Shown in pieces: positions 12,106 through 23,829 of a stretch of 64,000 nucleotides of DNA. Source of the stretch: Felis catus (taxonomy: Eukaryota). A program made the position numbers and the translations under genes. The stretch is taken from positions 102,052,001 to 102,116,000 of the forward strand of contig NC_058377.1 of NCBI RefSeq assembly GCF_018350175.1, read 5' to 3'. Each line of letters opens with the position of its first letter. The stretch's first letter is position 1. Below the pieces are notes generated by a model. It had not been told where the DNA came from and made no database searches. It saw only the letters and a program-made list of their open reading frames with translations.

Positions 12106-12910
12106 TGTTATGGGTTGAATTATGCCGCCCAAAAAAGATACACTGAAGGGCTCACCCTCAGTACCTGAGAATGTGACCTTATTTGGAAACAGGATCTTCG
12201 CAAATGTGATCGATTAAGATGAGGTCATACCGGAGTAGAGTGGGCCCTTTATCCAATGTGACTGCTATCCTTCTAGAAGGGGAGAAGGGACTCGGGGACA
12301 CAGACACAGCAGGAGAGCACCATGGGTTCTTGGAGGCAGGATGTGCCACAGCTGCCAGACAAGGAACACCTGGAGCTACCAGAACCTGTAAGAGGCAAGG
12401 AAGGAATCTCTCCTTCAGGTCACAGGTCGCGCATCAGTCTGCTTGGGCTGCCGGAGTCAAATACCGTGGACTGGGCAGCTAGAACAACAGAAATTCGTTT
12501 TCTGGCAGATTGGAGGCTGGAAGTTCCAGATCAGGGTCCAGCAGGGTCAGTTTCTGGTGCGAGTTCTCTTCCTGGCTTGCAGGGGACCAACTTCTCACGT
12601 GGCAGAGAGAGAGCTAGAGACTCTCTTGTGTCTCTTCTTATAAGGACAGTAATACTATCAAACCAATGGCCAACTCTATGATCTTATTTACCCATAACTA
12701 CTTCCCTATATGCCCTTTCTCCTGAGGGTTAAAGATTCAACATATAAATTGGGGGTGGGGGCCTAATTCAGCCTGTAGCCAAGAGCATGGCCCTGCCAAC
12801 ACCTTGAATCTGACTCTTCAGTCTCCAGAACTATGAGACAACACATTCGTGTTGTTTTCAACCGCCCAGTTCATAGCGCTGGGTTATGGCAGCCTGAGAA
12901 AATGTTGACA
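12106..12910 (+). mobile_element. MLT1B/C-like solo LTR
   Basis: Starts tgttatgggttgaattatgcc, ends ..ttgaca; 5-bp TSD acatg/acttg. Confidence 0.85.
12430..12780 (-). mobile_element. MLT1A0-like solo LTR nested inside MLT1B/C
   Basis: aacaacagaaattcgttttct...ggaggctggaagttccagatc...tctcttcttataaggac...ttcaacatataaatt. Confidence 0.85.
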
Positions 12911-14390
12911 ACTTGTGAAATGCTGACACCAGTGCCTGGTACCTAGTATCTAAGACATGTCAGCTGTTATTATTACAACTCAGATGCTATTCAATCCAGG
13001 TCCTTAACCAATGTCATCAGGAACTTCTTTCTCTTCATCTCTCAGCTTTGCTTTCCTCTGGACTCAGCCTCAAGAGCCCTCATGTCGACTCACCCTCCTG
13101 GCGCTCCCTGAGCATTCCAGTCTTCTAAGCCACCAGCCTAGGGGCTTGGCAAAGAGACACGCCTCTTCTGAGTCATTCTGGCAAAAGCCCTGGGATGGAA
13201 TCTATTGGCCTGGAGGCGGTCACATGCCCATCCCTGAGCCAATCACGGTAGCCAGGGGGTGCGGTGCTTTGGCCAGACTTACCCACCCTGCAGCCGTGGC
13301 TGGAGTCAGCTCCCCTTGAACCGCGTGGATCCTGAATGGAGACAGTGGTTTGGAAATGGAGACTCAGGCTGCTAGCGTCAGAAGTGGTACCGGAACGTGG
13401 AGGAGGCAGAAACGACGGATAATCATCGCGTGGGATTGATTTCAGCAACCTCAAGTTTATCAACATCCTTGAAGTTTTCATTCTGTTCGCGGTACTATAC
13501 TAGTAAGAATTACTGGCGATGAACCACGGAAACAAGGGTTCATTAACTTAAACAGAAATGAATTTTCTGGGGTCTCTGCTAGTTCAGAAAGCTGGAGAAT
13601 GAGCCTTGCACCCGAGTGAGCAATGCTAACCCCGGCCAAGGGCTTCTGTGTGTTCCTCCAGACAGAGGCCAAGGAGCTTGGATGTCTTGTCCCTCTTCTG
13701 GCTTCTGTGCAAGAGGTGGGACCCTTCCACCGACCCCCTTAGGATTCCCTCCACCAACCGAACGAGTAGACCGTCTGGATGTTGAGCTGACAAAGAAAAC
13801 GGTTCACCAGTTTCCTGCTCAATGGCAGCACGGGAGGAGTCATGACTCAAACAAGGCCCTGGAGTCTTCCAGAACCCGCGATCCAGGTGGGAAGGGACTG
13901 CTTCAGAACCAACCCACACCCAGGTCAGAGGGCAGGGCCAAGCCCACCCAGCGAGATACTTTGCGGGAACCAGAGAAAGTTCCACTGGAGAAGTGGCAGT
14001 GAGGCAACGAGGTGAATTTCGACGGGAGCCCAAGTGCAGGAGTCGGGGTAGAAAAAGAGGGTTCGGGAAGAAGCAACGGCAGGAGTAAAGACCTGGACAA
14101 AAGTAAAATCAGGCAAATGGAACAGGGGAGCCTTTCTTGGTTCAGGAAATTTGTTTTGTAGCAGCATCTCAGTGCCTCAAAGATGGTCTTTCAAAACAGC
14201 TGTTCCCCAACAACTACTTAGGGCTTGAAATCAAGGAAAACATTCCCACGCCAATTCCGCACTCAAAATAGAAGCTGAAGAGACACAGAAATCCGAGGCC
14301 ACTATGACAGCCTGAGTCGAAGCTTTTTATGGAACAAAGCGCTCCGTGGGCCCCGAAGGCCTCCCTCCTCCTCCTCACAACACTGTGAGG

Positions 14391-14456
14391 TTGTTCCCCT
14401 GAGCACCCACTGTCACTTGTCCCCCTGAGCACCCACTGCCACTTGTTCCCCTGAGC
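14391..14456 (+). repeat. 26-bp minisatellite, ~2.5 copies
   Basis: ttgttcccctgagcacccactgtcac / ttgtccccctgagcacccactgccac / ttgttcccctgagc. Confidence 0.9.
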
Positions 14457-14574
14457 GCCTTCCGTCAAGGCGGCCTGGAGGGAGCAAGGGCGAGCAGCCG
14501 TCTGGGGCCAGTGCCAGCCTCCAGTTCCTCTGCACCCCTGCCAGCGTGCTCTTCCCAGGAAGGATGCGGTCCCC

Positions 14575-14745
14575 AAATAATGAAAGTCGTCTCCGGCTTT
14601 TACTGAGCGCTTGCTGGGGCTGGAGCTGTGCCAAGAGCCTCGCTCACGTGACAGCCTCTTTGGAAGGTGCTGCTCTCATCCCCATTTTACAGAGAAGGAA
14701 ACTGAGGCGGAGAGCTATGGAGTCATGTGCCCACGATCACTTGGA
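14575..14745 (-). mobile_element. MIR
   Basis: catccccattttacagagaaggaaactgaggc. Confidence 0.8.
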
Positions 14746-14949
14746 GAGGCCTGTCATCCTGCCTCACACCGCACCGGAGAATGCTAACTGAAATCTCTGC
14801 GGCATGGGACACTTGTCAAGGGCTGAGGGAGGGGAGGGGCCCGGCAGGGGGAGGGGCGAGCTGAAGGTTGACTACTTGCAAGGTGCCAGATTCTGGGCTG
14901 AGTACTCTACACAGTGTAGAAAATACAAGCAAAACCTATGTAGTAGATA

Positions 14950-15046
14950 TACTACAATGTGAATGATTTAATGCCACGGAACCGTGCATTTATATATGGT
15001 TAAGATGGTACATTCTATGTTATACATATTTTACCACGACAAAAAC
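14950..15046 (+). mobile_element. Ancient L1M 3' terminus
   Basis: acaatgtgaatgatttaatgccacggaaccgtgcattta..atggttaagatggtacattctatgttata..tattttaccac. Confidence 0.8.
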
Positions 15047-15354
15047 ATCTATCCGGTAGTATTATGTGGCAGGTTGTGCTCTGCCCGGGAGCCAGCAGCC
15101 CTGGGAGGCAGGCGGCATTTCCCATCCCCAGGGGACAATGAAGAAGTGGAAATTCCCAGAGGTTCCCAGAAGAAAGGAGGAGTCCCCTTGGTCAGGGTCC
15201 CCCAGCTGGGGCCTGCTTGCAGTTCCATTACAGTCTGCTGTAGATAGTGGTATTAGCAGTGATATTGCGAGTTCTGTTAGTGTTAATTAGTATCATTCAT
15301 TACTGATAGCATTATTAGAAGAGATATTAGTCCTAATGCTCTCAGTACTCACTA

Positions 15355-15809
15355 CAGTGCCCCCCCTGAACCGCTGCCTGGCTTCTCATGGTTTCAGTTA
15401 TCCGTGGTCAGCCACGATCGTGCAATAGATGATCCCTCTGACACATCATCCAAAGGTCAGTAGTACCTAACGCTGGGTCAGAACGTCTACACCAGTCGCC
15501 TCCCTTCATCTCATCATGTAGGCATTTTATCATCCAATATCATCGCAAGAAGAAGGATGAGTACTGTAAAAGGAAGATATTTTTAGAGACCCTATTCTCA
15601 TAGCAATATGCAGATGTTATTTTAATTGTGTTATTTTATTATTTGATTACTGTTCATCTCTTACTGTGCCTTGTTTACAAATCAAACCTTATCATACATG
15701 AGTATGTGCAGGAAAAACAGAGTATATATAGGATGAAGTATTATCTGAGGTCTCAGGCATCCAGTGGACATCCTAGAACGTATCCCCTGCTGATAAGGGG
15801 GGACTGCTG
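15355..15809. mobile_element. MER44 (Tigger7-derived) non-autonomous DNA transposon
   Basis: Terminal inverted repeats ta|cagtgcccccc... and ...gataaggggggactgctg; internal catctcatcatgtaggcattttatcat and ctcttactgtgcct. Confidence 0.85.
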
Positions 15810-15824
15810 CGCTTAGCATAGATT

Positions 15825-16050
15825 TAGAAGCAGCCAGTGTGGTTTTGAGTCACAACTGTACCATCTATTAGCTGTGTGATCATGGGCAAGTTAGTTGACT
15901 TCTCTGTGCCTGCCTGCTCATTCTTAAAAGAGGGGTAATAAGAGTGCCTCTTTCACAGGATCGTCCTGTGGACTGAAATGAGATAATTGGTCAAAAGTGC
16001 TTACAGCAGTGCCTGTAAAGCAGGCATGAAATAAAATATGCTACTACTAA
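15825..16050 (+). mobile_element. MIR
   Basis: tagctgtgtgatcatgggcaagttagttgacttctctgtgcct. Confidence 0.85.
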
Positions 16051-17417
16051 GTTCTGCCGGAGGGAAATTATCGCAAGGGGCTGTGCAACTGGCCTGAGGC
16101 CACATAACTAATAAAAGAGGAGAGTCTCATGCCTTTTCTGGCCACAGTGGAAGAAGGAGGATGTTCACGGGGACAACATGGTACTTCTCGCAGCCCTCAG
16201 ATGACCATGACAGAGGGATTTCTGGAAGAGATCTTAGATCAATGAAGGAAGGCTCAGATATCTTGCTGAGTAAGGAGCTCTCTGATAAATCTATAAAATT
16301 TAAAGCTACATAGACAGTCTGTCCACAAAATGCATACACGGGAAAGACGAAAACCTACAGCCAAGTTCCCAGGATTCTCAGATCCCTGAAGTTCACCCCC
16401 CACCCAGGGGAGCCCTGTGATAAGAACTCCTATCCTGGATGACCCAGCCCAAACCCCACACCCGTTTTGATTTAGAAAGAAATCTACCAGACAGGGTAGG
16501 GCAGCAGTTCTCACTTCTGTTTGTGATTCATTAAGTCCGTTGTGCCATACAAGAATGTAACTTCATAACAGCCTTCCGGAGAGATTAGGATTCAGGGAGA
16601 CACCCTATTTTGAGAATCAGGGGTTTATAGGACTCGCCCAAGGTCACTCAGGTAAAATGAGATCAGTGCGGGACTGGCCCTGAGAAATGACCCCACCTAA
16701 GGGGTCCTGACCCCATCCCATGGTCTCTCCACCTTCACACAGCCTAAAGATACTTTCAAATGAATTAAACTTTGAAAACTTTTCAAAACAGCTCTGCAAA
16801 GAAAAAAATTCTGCACAGAAAAAGAAAACTAGAAGGGAATCCACCAAGCTCTTAGTAGTGGGAGCTCTGAGAAAACGGGATGTAACCTTTTTGTTCCCTT
16901 TTACTTACTTTTAAATATTCTTCCAACTTTTGTACAATAAATATGTATTCCATATGAGATCTTTGAAAGTATATCTTCATTCAATATGTATATGTTCATA
17001 TTTTGGTTTCCTGGGCAAATATTTCATTTAGAATATTAACCCACTTAATTTATCCTTTCTTTTTACTTTTAAAAAATGAGGGATGGGTTGGGGAACTGAA
17101 ATGAATTTACTTGAAAGTGAAGTATAACAAAGGTGGGATGGAAAACTCTAGGATTTGATTAGCAACTCCGTGAAGAAGTGCAGACGCAGACCTACAATTT
17201 TTAGACTTCTGTATTGAACTTGAAGAGAAAAAGAAATTAATAGTGCAGCCTTGGATGATTTAATAAAGCATGTGTTTTCAGATCTTTGGTGCTTTTATCA
17301 GAATGCCATTAAGAAGAAGAAGGTCAGGAAGACAGAAAAATGCCTGCATCCTGGGAGTGTGATAACAAAAGAATAATGAGCGAGCCCTACATCTGTCTAG
17401 CACTTACCAGTCCTCAA

Positions 17418-17520
17418 AGCCCATTTGTAATAATTAGCAATTGGAAAGAACCCAAATGGCCAACAATAGGGGAATGGCTAAATAAACAGTGGTCGATTAA
17501 CTCAGATGGAATACTTCATA
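17418..17520 (+). mobile_element. Ancient L1 ORF2 C-terminal fragment
   Basis: Translates FVIISNWKEPKWPTIGEWLNKQW, similar to L1 ORF2 C-terminus (..WKQPKCP..EWIKKMW). Confidence 0.75.
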
Positions 17521-18719
17521 AAGAGAGACAATGGTGAACTCCCAGACTCCACTGATTCTGGAAATGTCTGTGTGACCTCATGTTACCTAAGAAAAAAATG
17601 AAACACAAAGTGGTGCCTTGGGACTCCAACAAGGCATTTTCAAAACCAATCACATTAGCTTCTCAGGCAAGATGGAGAGATGAGGGCTTCATTGTTAGAA
17701 AAAAGAACGAATGTCCGATTCCAGCTCCCTCAGAAACTAGCTGAGTAGCCAGAGAGAGCTTAAAGGCAATCCCCTATTTGTGTAGATAATGCATTTCTGT
17801 CTCTAAAGTTTTTCAAAAGGCTGAGTTGGTAAATTAGCTTGCATGTCATGAAGAGAATTCTTTTCCCAAAGATGAAAAAAATATGTAAAATCTCTAATAC
17901 GTCAAGCCTTCTTAAGATGATCTCTCTGGCTTTATTTCTAGCAATTCATATCATCTTTAATCCCACTCTTGTTTTCAGCTGAACCTGATATCTGAAGGCT
18001 TAAGTCAAGAGTTCACTTTTTTTGGCATCCCCAACCAATTTCATTTTAGTGTCAGTTTGCATTGAGTATTAAATACTAAGTCTATTGTCAACAGCATTAG
18101 AACCTAATTTTTTTCAAGGTTCCACACAAACCAGCAAACCATGAGTCAGGCATGAGGGTCTTGGCCTTGTTCTATCTGACATTTTTGTCTCTGAGATTCA
18201 GCAAAGAACAAATTCAAATAATGTAAGAACTTTTAGTACAATGCCTGACACATAATTTGTCCTCGGTAGATGGTTACTAAATTTTATTTTGGATGATAGT
18301 TTGAAGATTAATGGCAAATAATGGTGCAGACAGAATACTATTTTAAAAATAGAACAGTGTTAGCCTAGAAGAAGGTCCCTGCTAACACACACCAGGGCTC
18401 CTGGCTTTGCTCACCGTAAGATTTTTATCCCTGCATCAAGCGGTGATATAAAGGTCAGACCATCAAATCTGTGAATGGCGAAAAGCCAAGAAGGGGAGCA
18501 AATGTCTTGGCTGATGGGACAAAAATCTAGAATAATTTTGCCAAGTTCTAAGGTATGGTTTATACATACCAAGATGAAAATTGATGAGGGCAATGGAAGA
18601 CCTTTCACTTACATTCAAAAAGACTAATTGCCCAAAAACAGGTTGGAGAAAAAATAACTTAACTCTGGCATGTGCAGAAAAGGTTTAGGGACTCTGGCTA
18701 GCAAGAAGTCCGTTGTGAT

Positions 18720-18942
18720 GGGGCGCCTGGGTGGCACAGTCAGTTAAGCGTCCGACTTCAGCCAGGTCACGATCTCGCGGTCCGTGAGTTCGAGCCCCGC
18801 GTCGGGCTCTAGGCTGATGGCTCAGAGCCTGGAGCCTGTTTCCGATTCTGTCTCCCTCTCTCTCTGCCCCTCCCCCGTTCATGCTCTGTCTCTCTCTGTC
18901 CCAAAAATAAATAAACGTTGAAAAAAAAATTAAAAAAAAAAA
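18720..18942 (+). mobile_element. Young Can-SINE (SINEC_Fc-like)
   Basis: Full length, CpGs intact, perfect 16-bp TSD aagaagtccgttgtga (18703-18718 and 18943-18958). Confidence 0.98.
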
Positions 18943-19058
18943 AAGAAGTCCGTTGTGAGTCAGTTACAATCTGACTCCACAGAAAGCTAATACCTACTTA
19001 GGATGAGGGGCAAGGATGCTTTGAGAGCTTTGAGGTTGGCTCTCTTAAACTTACTGTA

Positions 19059-19270
19059 GGGGTGCCTGAGTTAAGCATCTGACTCTTGACTTCAGCTCAG
19101 GTCATAATCTCACAGTTCATGAGATCAAGCCCCATGGTGGGCTCTGTGCTGAGTGTGGACCCTGCTTAGGATTCTCTCTCCCTCTCTCTCTCTGCCCCTC
19201 CCCTGCTTGTGCATGCACACACACGCTCTCTCTCAAAATAAATAAGTAGATAGATAGATAGATATTTTTT
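19059..19270 (+). mobile_element. Older Can-SINE with (TAGA)n tail
   Basis: ttaagcatctgactcttgacttcagctcaggtc; TSD aaacttact(g/t)ta. Confidence 0.92.
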
Positions 19271-21099
19271 AAAACTTACTTTAAAAAGGAAGTAAGCAGG
19301 ATAAGATTTGTGTTTGGAAGAGAGTGACCAGAGCAATCAACGAGAGGACTCATGGCTTCATCATCTGCAGAATATCTGAAGTACCTGGTCAAAAGAAAAT
19401 GTTCTGGGGGATATAACAGCTTACTTCAAATGCTACCGGCTGTAGATGAAGAATTAATATTTACCGTGTGGCCCATCAGGGTAGGATCAAATGTGAAGTG
19501 AGAAGGCTCAACCAATCAGGACTTTCCAGAAATGAATCACATTGGAAGTCTGCCTTTAATGGAGGTGTTTGAACACAGACAGGAGAACTGCCAGCTGGAA
19601 AGGAGTAGGAATTCCAGAAGCATACAGTGATAAGGAGGCAGGTGCCCTTAAAAAAACAACCTCTAACTTTGTTCCCTGTTCTGATCTTGTGTCTGTGACC
19701 ATTTGAATTTAAGTATGCAGAAATAAGTGTGCGCAAGGCTAAAATTGGAAGTAAATACAGAAAGATGTGAACAACTGACAGTGTAATGTGCATTAGGTTC
19801 CTTCTTCATTTATCCACACGCCCTTCCTCATACCATGTAAGAAGTGTGTATGTGTATGTGATGTGTGTGTGTGTGCATGCAAATAATAACCTAGACCAAA
19901 ATATATATAAATTAGAGAAGGCCAGTTCTGAGAGCAAAAAGCAAACAGCTATATTAGAATGATGGTCACTTAGGTTCTATGCAGTCACTAAATAAACTAT
20001 AAATTTGGCACTGAGCTTCCTGGTTGCCAAAGCAAAAAGGGGGAAAGTCATCAGTCACATGATTCTTGAGGTTCACAAGAAGAAAATGTATTGGATCTTC
20101 AGAGCAAGCGAAATTTCTCCTGGCACTAAGTCCTGAAGAGACTAGGTCTACAGGGCCACTGATTAATGTCAAACCCAGTGTCCTTTACAAAATCCCTGCA
20201 GCAGACAGAATAATGTGTGCCTTAAAGCTGTTTTTGACTGTTTTAGAGGACCAAGAGTGTGACTGAAGGGGTCAATGCAGCAGAAACAATTCTCTGCGGA
20301 CCTGGAAAACATGGTTTGAATTTTTTTACAGTCTGGGTAACCTAAAAATTAGTAGTATCTAAACTGTATTTTAAAATGGGGTGGATGATGTAGATTGCAG
20401 GTTATCCTTTCTACACATTACTTCTCTAAGCCAGTTAGAAAGTTTGAACTTACTCCCTGCGATGAGGGGCCAGTCCTCTTTAAGTTTATAAGTGTTCCCC
20501 CCTTTTTAACTCTTTTCCTTAATGCCCAGCATGTTATGCAGGGCCCCGTCTTCTACTAGGGATGTTTACTGTCCCCAAACTCTCACCTACAGCCTCTATA
20601 TACAGCTCACTTCTCCTTTTGTGGTACTAGACAGCTTGTGTGACATGTATCCTCCCACTGGGAACTAAATTAAGACATCAAAATCTTGTCACATCAGGCA
20701 CTTAATAATTGCTAGTTGTTTGCTAGCACTGTTCATTTGGGATGAATGCAAAATTCTGATCCTGAAAGAAAGCTGCCAGTTTCCATTAACGGTAGAAGTC
20801 AATTCAAATACCCTGACTGTGGCTAAGGGTGGAAAGCTGATAGAGAAAGGGTTAATGAGATTCTACCCACACCTTGAACTAGCGTATCCTGATTCAAGGA
20901 CTGGTGATCCTTCTCATCAGTGTCTTACTGAGCGCTATGTATGGGTGCAGCTAAACAGGAGACTGGGGCGGGGGTAGGGGGGTGCGGAGGGCGGGGGGAA
21001 AGGCATGCAATAATGACCTCGCGATTATTACTATAACCTACGTGATTGGTGCCAGCCACACCCAGTCCCTCTCTGCCACTCTCTCATCGACTTTCTTTC

Positions 21100-21280
21100 T
21101 AATCTTAAAGTTCTCTTTCCTTTCTTTATTGATTGTCTACCTCCTCCAACTAGAATGTAAAATCTTTAAGTGCAAGGACCTTGAGTCTTTGCTATCTCCA
21201 AGGCCGAGAACAATACTTAACATTTCGTAGACACTCAATTAATACGTACTGGGCTCACTGGGTGAGTAACTGAGCAACTG
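21100..21280 (+). mobile_element. L2 3' end
   Basis: ttgtctacctcctccaactagaatgtaaaatcttt...gtagacactcaattaatacg. Confidence 0.75.
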
Positions 21281-21349
21281 AAATTTACCAACTAGCTTGG
21301 TGATGGCGGTAAATCATTTTTCCTCTATGGGCTTTTGTTTCCTCCTCTT

Positions 21350-21558
21350 GAATTTTTTTAAAATTTTTTTTATTTTATTTTTTGAGAGAGAGAGCAGAGC
21401 AGGGGAGGGGCAGAGAGAGGGGGACAGGCTCTGAAGTAGGCTCTATGCTGACAGGCTGACAGCAGCAAGCCCAGTGCAGGACTCGAACCCATGAACCATG
21501 AGATCATGACCTGAGCCAAACTCAGATGTTCAACTGACTGAGCCACGCAGGCGCCCCC
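21350..21558 (-). mobile_element. Can-SINE
   Basis: Ends gagccacgcaggcgcccc; 14-bp TSD tgtttcctcctctt (21336-21349 and 21559-21572). Confidence 0.95.
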
Positions 21559-21594
21559 TGTTTCCTCCTCTTTAAAGAAGGGGTTTGGGCCAGT

Positions 21595-22010
21595 GTGTCT
21601 GAGATTGGCAGCTGCACACTAACACGTGTTCTCTCTTCTTCTGTGTCCTCTCATAGGGGACCTAACTGAGCACGTGGCTACCCAGAAGTTGGGTGGCCAT
21701 GTGGCTAAGCTCCTGCCACTGGAATGTGGATGGAAGTGATGTGTGCATTCTGTGCTGTAGCTTTTAAGGCAATAGAGGTGCCTCCTCCATATTCTCTTTT
21801 CTCCTTTCCTGCCAACTGCAAACTGTGCATAACAGCCCCCCACCCTGCATGAGTGCGGTGAGAACACCCAGGAGGATGCCAGAGCTGTCCAGCCAGCCTT
21901 GGCACCTGCTATCCTGGACAGAGCCCAACTACTCACCCCAAAGAGAAAAATGAGTCATTGCATTTGGGGGTCTCTTTGCCAAAGCAACTTAACACCCCCC
22001 AGTGAGTACA
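21595..22010 (+). mobile_element. Old MLT1 (H/J-like) LTR
   Basis: ggtggccatgtggctaagctcctgccactggaatgtggatggaagtgatgtgtgca...catttgggggtctcttt. Confidence 0.7.
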
Positions 22011-22370
22011 GCCAGATAATCTCTGAAGACCCACTCCCGCTCAGAAGAGCTTGATTGGTGACTGATGTCATCGCATCTAATCACTCGCTGCATTTAAGAA
22101 AGCTGTATTCTCAGGGACCATCATCATGTAAAAAAGATACACTTAAAATGTGATCTTAAGATTTTTCTCTACTTACAGGAAGGTGCATTTCTTGGAGACA
22201 AAATTTATTTTTCATCTTTGAAACAACCACCTGTACCAGCTCAGTGGAATCAGGGTCAAACACTTGGCTTCTTCATGAATCACAAGTACAGTAGCAATAA
22301 TCTGATAAATCACTATGGTTTTGAATAGAGAACACTACCTGTTCCGTCACGGCTCAGAGAGGTTTCTAGC

Positions 22371-22842
22371 AAGTGTTCCCTCAAACTGTGGCAAGCATAC
22401 CAGAAACGAGATGAGATATTGTAGGCAGGACACAAATTGTTTTTAATTTAATAGCTATGTTATTTTTTTAAGTTTATTTATTTATTTTCAGAGGGAGGGG
22501 CAGAGAGAGAGAATCCCAAGCAGGCTCCATGATGTCAGTGCAGAGCCCAACGTGGGGCTTGATCTCACAGACCTCAAGATCATGACCTGAGCCAAAATCA
22601 AGAGGTGGTCACTTAACCAACTGAACTGCCCAGGCGCCCCTAGCTATGTGTAATTTGAATGCATATTTAGTGCGCCTTCTATTTATGGCAAGCAACTGTG
22701 CTTCTCAACAGGGTAACATAGTTTTCCTTAAAAACTAATTTAAATAAATAAAAGATGAGTCCGTTTATAGAAAAGCACGATTAGCATAGGAAATAACAAA
22801 AATTATGATGGTGGTATGCACACAGCTGAACCAGAGAAACGC
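22371..22842. mobile_element. hAT-Charlie (Charlie4-like) relic interrupted by a SINE
   Basis: Ends caagtgttccctcaaactgtgg and atgatggtggtatgcacacagctgaaccagagaaacgc. Confidence 0.55.
22461..22640 (-). mobile_element. Can-SINE
   Basis: Ends ccaggcgcccc; 9-bp TSD tagctatgt (22452-22460 and 22641-22649). Confidence 0.95.
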
Positions 22843-23289
22843 AACAGTAACTACGGGGTAGGCAGAGAACACATCACAATATCCGCATCGTGGGGATGAA
22901 ATCATGGCTCTCAAGTGGCATTGCTCAACCAAATCAGCAGACTAAATGATTAACTCAAGTTGAGATAACTGATAACTAGCCCTTGTAGGCACCTTTAGGT
23001 ACAAAATGCTTTTTCTCGTTATCTCTCTTAGTTTCGTAATCGAATGTATTCAAATGTAAGATTGGAGCAGGTGGAAAATAACACAGAGTTCTATCTTTTG
23101 AAAGGCTGAGTATGTACCATGTTGTGTAGAGCAGTGGTAAAGGAGAGTCCTTGTGGGCTTTAACAGCCTAAGATCTATGCTCAGAATCCAGGTCTGTCAC
23201 TCCCAAACTGTGGGCCCCCGGGTCTCTCACTCAACAATTGTAGGTAAACCCTGGCTGAGAACCTGTAACGTGACAGGCAGGGATTTAGT

Positions 23290-23580
23290 GCTTAGGATAC
23301 ATCCGTGAACAGACCAGCAAGCACCCTTGCCCTTGGGGAGCTTAACTGCCAATGAGGGAGACATACACTAAACACAATAAATAAGTAAATTATATAATAC
23401 ACTAGAAGGCCAGAAGTGGTCTGTAAAAAATGGGGAAGCAGGGAAAAGAGGAAGGGAACTGTATGAAATAGAGGGATCATGGCAGGATTCAAGGGGAGGT
23501 GGCATTTGACAAAGACTTGAAAGAACCTGGGGCATGAGTTAAGTGAGTGTCTGGGGAAAGAAGGATCCAGCGCTGGGACT
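23290..23580 (-). mobile_element. L2a 3' fragment
   Basis: ggatacatccgtgaacagac...cccttgcccttggggagctta...ggcatttgacaaagacttga. Confidence 0.75.
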
Positions 23581-23829
23581 TCCTTAGCACGTTGTAAGGG
23601 CAGGAATGATGTTGAGACAGTTTTCAGGGGCCACCTCATTGGTGTCCCTTCTCCCTGGGGGAGTTTATGCTGGGTATTATCCAATTTCTGAAAACCACTG
23701 ATTTATATGTTTAGTTGGTCGTTTAAGGTGGAGGGGTAAATCCAGCCCCTGTTTCTCCCCAGTTCAGTTCTGAACGTGTTAGAGTCTGAATGGCCTACTG
23801 GACATCAAAGTAGAGACAGAGGGTTTACT

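Larger units (their letters stand above)
11907..12974 (+). mobile_element. MIR split by an MLT1 insertion (11907-12105 and 12911-12974)
   Basis: gaccttgagcgtgttaacctaacttctctgggcct... resumes as gtgaaatgctgacaccagtgcctggtacctagta...ttattatt. Confidence 0.75.
11815..13400 (-). mobile_element. MLT1J/K-like LTR, outer layer of a nested cluster
   Basis: gaaacccaattcaaaccggcctaagc at 11841 continues at ~12980 as aatccaggtccttaaccaatgtcatcagg...catctctcagctttgctttcctctg, then ggtcacatgcccatccctgagccaatcac. Confidence 0.75.

Noticed and set aside
13616-14167. Overlapping 65-135 aa ORFs in the GC-rich block
   Set aside because: No recognisable domain or splice-supported structure; expected where GC is high and stops are scarce.
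14391-14456. 26-bp direct repeats as a CRISPR-like array
   Set aside because: Head-to-tail with no spacers, mammalian context and no cas genes.
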